Of a DNA stretch of 64,000 nt, positions 54,575 through 64,000 are shown piece by piece. Source of the stretch: Actinomycetota bacterium (lineage in GTDB: Bacteria > Actinomycetota > UBA4738 > HRBIN12). The number at the start of each line of letters is the position of its first letter. The first letter of the stretch is position 1. The notes beneath the pieces were generated by a model. That model did not search any database. It saw only the letters and a program-made list of their open reading frames with translations, and was not told the origin of the DNA. The stretch spans positions 213,065 to 277,064 of the forward strand of contig JAXDJX010000018.1 in the NCBI GenBank assembly GCA_034667405.1, in the 5' to 3' direction. A program made the position numbers and the translations under genes.

Positions 54575-55596
54575 CCGAACCGCATCGCTGCTCGAACGGC
54601 GGCCAGGGTCTGTTGCGCGACCGGCCGGGCTTTCGCCACACCGGCCGCGAACACTTCCCGGACCAGGTCGGGCTGCTGCTCGAGCTCGTGGCGGCGCTCG
54701 CGGTACTCGGCGAACGTCTCGATCAGGTGATCGGCAAGGATCGTCTTGCAGTCGACGCAGCCCAGTTCGCCGGATCGGCATCCCGCGGCGATGTCGCCGA
54801 CCGCCTCGGGTGAGAACCGCGTGTGCAAAGCGAACACCGGACAGATCTCGGGACGGCCCGGGTCTCCTCGGCGGGCCTTCTGCGGATCGGTGAGGAATGA
54901 CTTCACACGCGTGCGGATGACGTCGGGCTCGTCCCGAACCCCGATGAAGTTGTCCAACGACTTCGACATCTTCCGCCCGTCCGAGCCGGGGATGTTCGGC
55001 GTCTCCGAAAGGAGTGGCTGGGGTTCGAGGAGCACGTCGCCGTACAGCGTGTTGAATCGCCTGACGATCTCGCGGGTGAGTTCCAGGTGGGCCACCTGAT
55101 CCTGCCCGACCGGCACCAGCTCACCTCTCACGATCGTGATGTCGACGGCCTGAAGGACCGGGTACCCGAGGAGGCCGAAGTTCGCGCTCTGGCGTTCGTC
55201 CATGTCCCGGAGTCGTTCCTTGTAACTGGGGACGCGTTCAAGCCACCCGAGCGGCGTCGTCATCCCGAAGAGCAAGGCCATCTCGGCCACCTCCGGCACA
55301 TCGGATTGGCGGTAGATCGTGACCCGCTCGGGATCAAGGCCTGCGGCCAACCAATCCAGCACCAGTCCATCCGTCCACGCCATGAGTTCATCGGTCCGGT
55401 CGTAGTGGGTGGTGAGCATGTGCCAGTCCGCGATGAAGTAGAAGCAGTCGTAGCCCTCGTCCTGGAGCCGGAGCATGTTTTCGACGTTCCCCGCCCAGTG
55501 CCCAAGGTGTAAGGGTCCCGTCGGACGGTAGCCGGTGAGCACCCGGCCGGTACGGGCAGGAGATCCGAGGTCGGGGGTCACTGCGGTGGGTTGCAC
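54571..55596 (-). CDS. trpS: Tryptophan--tRNA ligase
   Basis: Class I HIGH-region variant (TGPLHLGHW) and the KMSKS loop. Confidence 0.9.
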   Translation of the reverse strand: MQPTAVTPDLGSPARTGRVLTGYRPTGPLHLGHWAGNVENMLRLQDEGYDCFYFIADWHMLTTHYDRTDELMAWTDGLVLDWLAAGLDPERVTIYRQSDVPEVAEMALLFGMTTPLGWLERVPSYKERLRDMDERQSANFGLLGYPVLQAVDITIVRGELVPVGQDQVAHLELTREIVRRFNTLYGDVLLEPQPLLSETPNIPGSDGRKMSKSLDNFIGVRDEPDVIRTRVKSFLTDPQKARRGDPGRPEICPVFALHTRFSPEAVGDIAAGCRSGELGCVDCKTILADHLIETFAEYRERRHELEQQPDLVREVFAAGVAKARPVAQQTLAAVRAAMRFG

Positions 55597-55633
55597 GATG
55601 TTGGGGATGATATCGCGGCCCCTGCCGCTGGCC

Positions 55634-56302
55634 TCACAAGCCGGGGAAGAGGGTGGGCCCCGCGATCCAACGGCACAGGGTGAGGGTGATCTTCCAGACG
55701 GTATTGCCCAGGAAGAGCCCGAACACCAGGAAGAACGCCAAGGCGAAGAGCGGAAGGTACGCGTCGAGGTCCCGATAGAGCTCCTTCGGCCTCCCGTGTA
55801 GCAGGAGCCCCACCATCCTGGCGCCGTCCAGCCCGGGGATCGGCAAGAGATGGACGATGGCGAGGGATAGGTTCGAGATGAGGAGTGCCAGCAGGAGTCG
55901 GCCTAGGTTCCCCTCCGGGGCCGCGGCTCGGAGCCACAACCCCGGTAAGAGCGCGAACGCGATGTTCGCGGCCGGTCCGGCGCACGACACCAACACCACG
56001 TCGCGCGGCCCGTGCTTCAGGTACCTGGTCTCGATCGGCGCAGGTTTCGCGTAGGCGAAGGGCGGGACATAGGGTGCAGACATCGCGATGAGGAACACGA
56101 TGAGCCCCGGGACGAACCCGCTTCCGAACGGGTCGAACCACGATCTCGGATCGAACGAGAGACGCCCCCAGAGTCGCGGAGTGGGGTCCCCGAGCAACAC
56201 AGCCATCCGAGCTCTGGCGATCTCGCGAACCGTGAGCCCGATGAACAATCCCAACGCGACGAAGAACGCGAACACGAGACCGAACGGTTGTAACCCCGAC
56301 AC
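55634..56302 (-). CDS. Site-2 protease (M50) family homologue with degenerate HExxH
   Basis: Polytopic membrane protein with the conserved S2P LPIPGLDG third-ligand motif. The position of the HExxH zinc-binding helix reads TVREIARARMA, with both His replaced by Arg. Confidence 0.55.
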   Translation of the reverse strand: MSGLQPFGLVFAFFVALGLFIGLTVREIARARMAVLLGDPTPRLWGRLSFDPRSWFDPFGSGFVPGLIVFLIAMSAPYVPPFAYAKPAPIETRYLKHGPRDVVLVSCAGPAANIAFALLPGLWLRAAAPEGNLGRLLLALLISNLSLAIVHLLPIPGLDGARMVGLLLHGRPKELYRDLDAYLPLFALAFFLVFGLFLGNTVWKITLTLCRWIAGPTLFPGL

Positions 56303-56531
56303 CCTCCACCTCCTCCGGCGAGGAGAACCTTATCGGAACCTGCACTTGCACCACAGACGCATGCGGAGTAGGCGTCGCCCTGCGAACCTCTCCCCTACCT
56401 ACAGCATGGCGTAGGCAGATGGGGCGCCTTCATGGTGGATACCGTTGAGGTTGAGGGTCATCGCTCGCCGGAGCCGTCGGGCGACGTATCAACACACTGA
56501 TCCTCGACACGACCCCGAGGGTCGACGAGCC

Positions 56532-57719
56532 CTAGTTCATGCCCAAGAGGGATGCGAACCCTTCACCGACCAGTCCCGGAGTCTCCACCCCAAGCAGCTC
56601 GGCGATGGTGCACCCCAGGTCCCCGAACGTCGCCCGCGTACCCAGGTCATGAGGGCCACCGGAGAGGCCTGCCACCAGGAGCGGGGTCCGCTCGCGGCTG
56701 TGGTCGGTGGGAGCTGTCGTGGGGTCACACCCGTGGTCGCCCGTGATGAACAGGACCCCGCCGTCGAGACCTTCCACCACCTCCGGTAACCGCCGATCGA
56801 ACGCCTCGACGGCGGCCGCGTATCCCACCGCGTCGTTACGGTGGCCATACTTCGAGTCGAAATCCACCAGGTTCGTGAAGATGAACGCGGGTCCGGGGCG
56901 CCGGAGATAGTCGAGGGTGAGATCGATGCCGTGGTCGTTCGAGTCGGAATATCTGGCCTCGGTGATCCCCTGCCCGCTGAAGATGTCCTGGATCTTCCCA
57001 ACGGCGTAGACGGACACGTCCTTGTCGGCAAGATGGTCCAACACGGTGGGGCCGGGAGGGGGAACCGAGAAGTCCCGACGGCCGGGCGAGCGCTCGAACG
57101 CACCGGGGGTCCCAACGAACGGGCGAGCGATGACGCGCCCGACCTGATGTGGTCCGCGGAGGATGCGCCGCGCGGTGCGACACCACGCGTACAGCGTCGC
57201 CAGCGGGACGACCGCCTCATGGCAGGCGACCTGGAACACGGAGTCACCGCTCGTGTAGACGATCGGACGGCCGGTCGCCAGGTGCTCGTCGCCGAGTTCG
57301 ACCAGGATCTCTGTACCCGACGCGGGTCTATTGCCGAGGATCTGACGACCGATCGCGTCTTCGAACGCATCGACGATCTCGGGCGGGAACCCGTCCGGGT
57401 AGAGCGGAAAGGCCTGATCCAAGCGGATGCCCATCATCTCCCAGTGGCCCGTCGTGGTGTCCTTGCCCGCAGAGACCTCCGTGGCCCGACCGAACGCCGA
57501 CCCCGACGCCGCCGTGCCGGGCGCCACTCCTTCTATGGTGGTGATCGATCCGAGCCCCAAGGCCTCCACGTTCGGGATCCGAAGGCCCCCAACCGCAGCG
57601 GCGACGTTCCCCAGCGTGTTAGACCCGAAGTCCCCGTATCGGTCGGCGTCGGGCGCGTCGCCAACTCCCCAGGAATCGCAGACGATCAAGCAGACGCGGG
57701 AGGTGCGGGGGTCACTCAT
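56532..57719 (-). CDS. deoB: Phosphopentomutase
   Basis: N-terminal metal-site context VCLIVCDSWGVGDAPDA and the alkaline-phosphatase-superfamily C-terminus (ITGDHGCDPT). Confidence 0.85.
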   Translation of the reverse strand: MSDPRTSRVCLIVCDSWGVGDAPDADRYGDFGSNTLGNVAAAVGGLRIPNVEALGLGSITTIEGVAPGTAASGSAFGRATEVSAGKDTTTGHWEMMGIRLDQAFPLYPDGFPPEIVDAFEDAIGRQILGNRPASGTEILVELGDEHLATGRPIVYTSGDSVFQVACHEAVVPLATLYAWCRTARRILRGPHQVGRVIARPFVGTPGAFERSPGRRDFSVPPPGPTVLDHLADKDVSVYAVGKIQDIFSGQGITEARYSDSNDHGIDLTLDYLRRPGPAFIFTNLVDFDSKYGHRNDAVGYAAAVEAFDRRLPEVVEGLDGGVLFITGDHGCDPTTAPTDHSRERTPLLVAGLSGGPHDLGTRATFGDLGCTIAELLGVETPGLVGEGFASLLGMN

Positions 57720-57753
57720 CGCGACGATGCACCGTCCACGCTATGCTCCTCCC

Positions 57754-58686
57754 CTATCCGCGTCGAGCCCGCGGATGTGACGTGTAGTACACCTCGCGGA
57801 GATGATCCTTCGTGACAAGCGTATAGACCTGCGTCGTAGCGACGCTCGCGTGTCCCAGCAGTTCTTGCACCACTCGTACGTCCGCACCACCCTCGAGCAG
57901 ATGTGTCGCGAACGAATGCCGAAGTGTATGGGGTGTCACGCGCTTGTCCATCCCGGCGGACACGGCGGCTGCCGCGACGATCCGCCCGACCGATTGTCGC
58001 GCCAGCCGTGTGCCGAAACGGAGGTTCAGCAGGAGCGCCCCTCGACTGCGGGAAGACGCCAAGGCGGGCCGCGCACGGGTCAGGTAGGCAGACACCGCCT
58101 CTTTGCCGAAGCGTCCGAGCGGCACCTCCCGCTCCTTCCCGCCTTTACCCATCACCCTGACCGCGCCGACCTCGAGATCGACATCGTCCACATCGAGTCC
58201 CACGAGTTCGCTGACGCGTACACCCGCGCCATACAGCAGCTCCAAGATCGCCCGGTCGCGCAGCCCGTCGGACGTCCCCGGCGCCGGAGCCCCCAGGAGG
58301 GCGGCCATGTCATCGATGGAGAGCGGCCGCGGCAATCCTCGGGGTACCCGGGGCTGGACCACACCGCGCGCGGGATTGTCCGAGGTGGCACCCTCCCGGA
58401 GCATGAACCGATGGAACGAACGAACCGCCGACAGCCGGCGGGCGACACTGGCTGATCGGTAGGGCGCTTCCTCTTCTCCGTGCGTGGATGCGGAGACGGA
58501 TGCGAGGAACGATCGCAGGACCTTCTCATCGATCGCCTCGGGGTCCTCGAGGGAACGCTTGCTGAGGAACGTGAGGTAGGTCCGCAGATCCCGGCGGTAC
58601 GCATCGACCGTGTTGGTCGACAGTCCGCGTTCGACGGCCAGGTGATCCAGGAACCGCTGGACCAATGTGGCGACGGTTTCCGTCAT
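57754..58686 (-). CDS. xerD: Tyrosine recombinase XerD
   Basis: Core-binding N domain and catalytic R...HxxR...Y contexts (HTLRHSFATHLLEGGADVRVVQELLGHASVATTQVYT). Confidence 0.9.
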   Translation of the reverse strand: MTETVATLVQRFLDHLAVERGLSTNTVDAYRRDLRTYLTFLSKRSLEDPEAIDEKVLRSFLASVSASTHGEEEAPYRSASVARRLSAVRSFHRFMLREGATSDNPARGVVQPRVPRGLPRPLSIDDMAALLGAPAPGTSDGLRDRAILELLYGAGVRVSELVGLDVDDVDLEVGAVRVMGKGGKEREVPLGRFGKEAVSAYLTRARPALASSRSRGALLLNLRFGTRLARQSVGRIVAAAAVSAGMDKRVTPHTLRHSFATHLLEGGADVRVVQELLGHASVATTQVYTLVTKDHLREVYYTSHPRARRG

Positions 58687-59805
58687 CTACCCGAGGCCGG
58701 CCTCGACGAGCGTTACAGACGTGAGCCCGTGCGCCTCGGCCACGCCTTGGTTCGTGAGCTGGCCTTCGAATGTGTTCACACCGAGCGCGAGGCTCGGATC
58801 CGACGCGACGGCAGTGGCCACGCCCTGGTCCGCAAGGGAGAGGACGTACGGCGTTGTGACATTCGTCAGGGCGTAGGTCGAGGTGCGAGGGACGGCGCCC
58901 GGCATGTTGCCGACGCAGTAGTGGACCACGTCATCCACGATGTAGGTGGGCGACGAATGGGTCGTCACGTGGGAGGTTTCGAAGCACCCTCCCTGGTCGA
59001 TCGAGATGTCGACCAGAACGGCGCCGGGCTGCATGTGGCGCACCATGTCGGAGGTAACCAGACGCGGCGCCTTCGCCCCGGGGATGAGGACGGCTCCCAC
59101 CACGACGTCGGCGGCGAGCACGAGCCGTTCCACGGCCAGACGAGACGATGCAACCGTCTGGATCCGCCCGCGCCACAGTTGATCGACCCAGCGGAGGCGT
59201 TCGACATCTCGGTCGACGACGGCGACCTCGGCCTCCATCCCGGCGGCGATCCAGGCGGCGTTCGCCCCGGCCATCCCACCGCCCAGGACGACGACCTTCG
59301 CAGGTGCCACCCCCGGCGCTCCGCCCATCAACACCCCACGCCCGCCCTTCGGACGTTCCAAGCAGTTCGCGCCGACATGGGGCGCCATCCGCCCCGCGAT
59401 CTCGGACATGGGAGCGAGGAGGGGCAGACGCCCATCAGCGGATCGAACCGTCTCGTAGGCAAGGCCCGTCACCTGGCGCTCCAAAAGGAAGCGGGTCAAC
59501 CCGGCGTCGGCAGCCAAGTGGAGATAGGTGAACAAGATCTGGCCGGTTCGGAAGCGTGGATATTCCTCAGGTTGCGGTTCCTTCACCTTGACGATCATGT
59601 CGGCCTCGGCGAACACCTCGTCGGCACCGGGAAGGATCTGCGCACCCGCGGCGATATAGTCATCGTCGGCGATGGACGAACCCACACCCGCGCCGGTCTC
59701 GACGACCACCGCGTGACCCGCATGGATGAACTCGCGTACCCCTTCGGGTGTCGCCGCAACCCGGTACTCGTTGTCTTTGACTTCCTTCGGGATCCCGAGC
59801 TTCAC
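58687..59805 (-). CDS. ald: Alanine dehydrogenase
   Basis: Near-collinear with Mtb Ald ([53 protein letters not shown]). Confidence 0.9.
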   Translation of the reverse strand: MKLGIPKEVKDNEYRVAATPEGVREFIHAGHAVVVETGAGVGSSIADDDYIAAGAQILPGADEVFAEADMIVKVKEPQPEEYPRFRTGQILFTYLHLAADAGLTRFLLERQVTGLAYETVRSADGRLPLLAPMSEIAGRMAPHVGANCLERPKGGRGVLMGGAPGVAPAKVVVLGGGMAGANAAWIAAGMEAEVAVVDRDVERLRWVDQLWRGRIQTVASSRLAVERLVLAADVVVGAVLIPGAKAPRLVTSDMVRHMQPGAVLVDISIDQGGCFETSHVTTHSSPTYIVDDVVHYCVGNMPGAVPRTSTYALTNVTTPYVLSLADQGVATAVASDPSLALGVNTFEGQLTNQGVAEAHGLTSVTLVEAGLG

Positions 59806-59832
59806 GGCCCCTCCTGCGTCTCGAGCCGCAGC

Positions 59833-60354
59833 CTAGCCGCTGGCCGAAGGTCTGGCGCGTCCCTCGGCCAGGAGCAGCGCCATGGCCGTCTTCACGTCCC
59901 TGACCTTCCCGTTCTTCGCGGCGGCGATGAGTTCGCCGAGCGGCTTGAGGACGACCTCGATGCCTTCCTCCGGCTCACCCTCGGGAGCCGCCCCGGTCTC
60001 GCACCAGAACAGGTGGACGTACTCATCCGTGGATCCGGCGCTCGCGTAGTAGCCGGCGAGGAACTCGATCGTCGTGTGCCGGTACCCGGTCTCCTCATAC
60101 AACTCGCGGGCCGCGCACGTCAGGGCGTCCTCATCGGCAACGTCGAGCAATCCGGCCGGGATCTCGGTCAGGAACTGCCGCACGGGTGGACGGAGCTGGC
60201 GAACCAACACGACGTCGCCCGAAGGGGTGATCGGGAGGACGGCGGCCGCTCCCGGATGGTGAATGACTTCGTAGGGCGGATGACCGGGCCACTCCTCGAC
60301 GTCGACGGAGAGGACACGCCCACGGAACGCCGGCTCTGTTCCGCTCGGTTCCAT
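59833..60354 (-). CDS. NUDIX hydrolase (ADP-ribose pyrophosphatase-like)
   Basis: Nudix box GLLDVADEDALTCAARELYEETGY, 173 aa, sited between xerD and pyrG as Rv1700 is in Mtb. Confidence 0.8.
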   Translation of the reverse strand: MEPSGTEPAFRGRVLSVDVEEWPGHPPYEVIHHPGAAAVLPITPSGDVVLVRQLRPPVRQFLTEIPAGLLDVADEDALTCAARELYEETGYRHTTIEFLAGYYASAGSTDEYVHLFWCETGAAPEGEPEEGIEVVLKPLGELIAAAKNGKVRDVKTAMALLLAEGRARPSASG

Positions 60355-62052
<1,698 letters not shown>

Positions 62053-62817
62053 TCAGCCCCCGGTTTCCTCGGCGCGCTCGGCCCGGAGCTGGCCCGCTCG
62101 ATCGAACCAGCGAAGTGGCGGTACCGCATCGATCACCCGAGACAGAGAGACGGTATCGGCGACGATGTTCAAGGCCACCACCGCTATGGCCTCGAAGGGG
62201 ATCCACGACTCCGGACTTCGAACGTAGAGGGCGACCCCCGCCGTGAATCCAAGAAGGTTCGCACCGGCGTCTCCCAACATGGCTCGCTCCCGGAGGTCGG
62301 GTGCCAGGGCGACGAGGGCGCCGACCGTGACCCCGATCGCGAACGGACCCGCGTGGGGCATCCACACCACGCCGGTGGCCGCGATGACCAGGAACCACTT
62401 GGTTGCCCGCCCGGGCCGAACATCCAGCCCGTTCCACAGGTTCGCCGACCCCGCGATGAGCAGGACCCCGCAGAGTCGGATCAGCGACCCTGGCCGAGCA
62501 CCTGCAGCGACCGTGACAAGCGATGCCCCCGTGATGACCAGGAGCTTCACGGCGCCGGTGGTCACCTGCCCGTGCACGAACGCCGCGAGATGGCCTCGCA
62601 GACCCCGGGGACCCGTGGGCGTCACATCGTCGACCAGCCCGGCCACCGCGACCATCAGCGCTGCCCCCGAGGCCATCGCGCCCGCAGCGTTGATCCAGCC
62701 CTTCAGTGCCGCCGCCACCACCGACACCAGCCCGCCGATCACCAGGATGAGACCGAGAACCGCCGGGACCGACACCCCGCGGTGGTTGCGGACGCTCAGT
62801 CGACCGAGAGCCCTCAC
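62053..62817 (-). CDS. Integral membrane protein, possibly glycosyl-1-phosphate/polyprenyl-phosphate transferase-like
   Basis: About 8 predicted TM helices with Asp-rich loops (LVDDVTP, NLWNGLDV). GTG start overlaps the upstream GT2 stop (GTGA). The family assignment is weak. Confidence 0.4.
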   Translation of the reverse strand: MRALGRLSVRNHRGVSVPAVLGLILVIGGLVSVVAAALKGWINAAGAMASGAALMVAVAGLVDDVTPTGPRGLRGHLAAFVHGQVTTGAVKLLVITGASLVTVAAGARPGSLIRLCGVLLIAGSANLWNGLDVRPGRATKWFLVIAATGVVWMPHAGPFAIGVTVGALVALAPDLRERAMLGDAGANLLGFTAGVALYVRSPESWIPFEAIAVVALNIVADTVSLSRVIDAVPPLRWFDRAGQLRAERAEETGG

Positions 62818-63497
62818 CGGAGACGAACCGCCCGCATCCCGAGCGCGCGTGCGATGTGCAGTCCTTCTCGCCCGCGATGGACGAACCCGCGCACTCCCCT
62901 GCCCGTGGCCCGATGCGTCAGGCCTTCGACCGGAACCTCTGCGATACGCAAGCCGGCGCGAGCCGCGTCGATCGTCATCGCCGTTTCCATCCCGAACCCA
63001 CCTGCCAGAGGCCGAACAGCGGCCAGGCACGCAGAGGTCAGCGCGCGTTGACCGGACAACGGCTCGCCCGCTCGGTACCCGGCCAGCGCCTTGATCCCCG
63101 CTGCCGAGAACCGCTTCACCGTGCCAAGACCTCCGCCGTCCTGGGGCGGGAAGACCGCCACCGTCATATCCGCTCGACCTTCCACCACCGATGCGAGCAG
63201 CTGGGAAAGGCCGGAAGCCGACTCGCCGAGGTCCCCATCCGCGAAGAGCCACACCCCTTGGTGCGGAGGGAGTCGATGCAGGGCCCCCTCCATGGCGGCA
63301 CCCTTCCCCGCGTGCCCGGGTATCCGGAGGACCGTCGCCCCGGCCTGTAGCGCCAGCGATCCTGTTCCATCGCTTGAACCGTCATCGACCACGACCACCT
63401 GATCGACGATCCTGCGGAGCGCACGAACGGTCGCAGCGATGGAGGGAGCTTCGTCCCGGGCCGGAACGAGGGCGACGATCCGCGCGCGCGAGCTCAC
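62814..63497 (-). CDS. Family-2 glycosyltransferase
   Basis: GT2 signature VALVPARDEAPSIAATV...VVVVDDGSSDGT, 227 aa. Confidence 0.75.
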   Translation of the reverse strand: MSSRARIVALVPARDEAPSIAATVRALRRIVDQVVVVDDGSSDGTGSLALQAGATVLRIPGHAGKGAAMEGALHRLPPHQGVWLFADGDLGESASGLSQLLASVVEGRADMTVAVFPPQDGGGLGTVKRFSAAGIKALAGYRAGEPLSGQRALTSACLAAVRPLAGGFGMETAMTIDAARAGLRIAEVPVEGLTHRATGRGVRGFVHRGREGLHIARALGMRAVRLR

Positions 63498-64000
63498 GTC
63501 AACGGTGGCATGACCAGCCGCCCGGAACCCACACCGTAATCGCCGCCCACGCGCTGGTCGATCGCGCGTTGGAGGCCGACTGCCAGAGCCGTCCCGCCGA
63601 TGGAACCCTCGAGGTCGTCGACCGTGACTCGCGGACCGGGCCCGGCCCCGTCCTGCCGGACGGTAGCGACGAAGCCGTTGGGCGAAGGTCGCGCCTCACC
63701 CGCGGCGACGACCACACCCTGGGCCGAGAGTGCCTGCACCAACGGCACCATGAAGGTGGCAGGAGGCGTCGCCTGGCCCTCCGCCGGCCCTCCGACCACG
63801 ACCACCGCAGTCGGGATACGTAGGTCCTCAGCCACTTTCAGTTCACCGCTATCGATGAATCCTTCAGAGAGCAGGTTCGCCAAGATGACGTCTTGCTGAC
63901 CAGGATGCAGACCGAGCGCCGGTCCGTGCGCCAGCCGGTCGGCGAGCGTCTGAGCGACCAGTCCGGGGAGGTTCGAGGGGTCCGTCTGCGCCGGGGCGCC
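63494..64000 (-). CDS. Hypothetical protein, 5'-partial (continues beyond window end)
   Basis: The reading frame is open to the end of the window and the stop overlaps the GT2 start. The Gly/Val-rich sequence has no assignable domain. Confidence 0.35.
   Translation of the reverse strand, partial: GAPAQTDPSNLPGLVAQTLADRLAHGPALGLHPGQQDVILANLLSEGFIDSGELKVAEDLRIPTAVVVVGGPAEGQATPPATFMVPLVQALSAQGVVVAAGEARPSPNGFVATVRQDGAGPGPRVTVDDLEGSIGGTALAVGLQRAIDQRVGGDYGVGSGRLVMPPLT

Overview
This is a high-GC actinobacterial (Actinomycetota) chromosomal window, mostly syntenic core genes. The gene content is not Mycobacterium tuberculosis, but local order repeatedly parallels it. From 5' to 3' the window holds: an OppF-like ABC ATPase (5'-partial); secG with tRNA-Leu(GAG); two small membrane proteins; an ABC-F ATPase; a putative methyl-group catabolic module (YtcJ-like amidohydrolase, Rieske non-haem oxygenase, two tandem GcvT-family folate enzymes); an HtrA-like protease; and trmI. 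A complete, compact Pup-proteasome locus follows (arc/mpa ending in GQYL, dop, pup ending in GGE, prcB, prcA, pafA, pafB, pafC), interrupted by one convergent unknown gene. After it come tatA/tatC, the helY helicase flanked by two DAGK-family lipid kinases, a pepE-like M24 peptidase, cysS with an upstream AsnC-type regulator, DUF4193, a fused Lnt-Ppm1, the gcvPA/gcvPB/gcvH glycine-cleavage genes with MerR/FHA/nuclease neighbours as in Mtb Rv1827-Rv1832, hpt, pgsA and tRNA-Pro(GGG). The window ends with a minus-strand housekeeping block: der, cmk, aroA, tyrA, aroH, rluB, scpB, scpA, trpS, an S2P-like protein, deoB, xerD, ald, a NUDIX hydrolase and pyrG. The most unusual element is a 240-aa ORF (32884..33606) carrying ordered reverse-transcriptase fingers/palm motifs 1-6 with an intact W-V-D-D catalytic box. 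It is translationally coupled by a GTGA overlap to a 504-aa YtcJ-like amidohydrolase, and its ribosome-binding site is sequestered in a hairpin. It has no intron, retron, DGR or CRISPR context, so it is a candidate undescribed RT-associated module. No CRISPR array, integrase or transposase was seen. The many long antisense ORFs are high-GC shadow ORFs.
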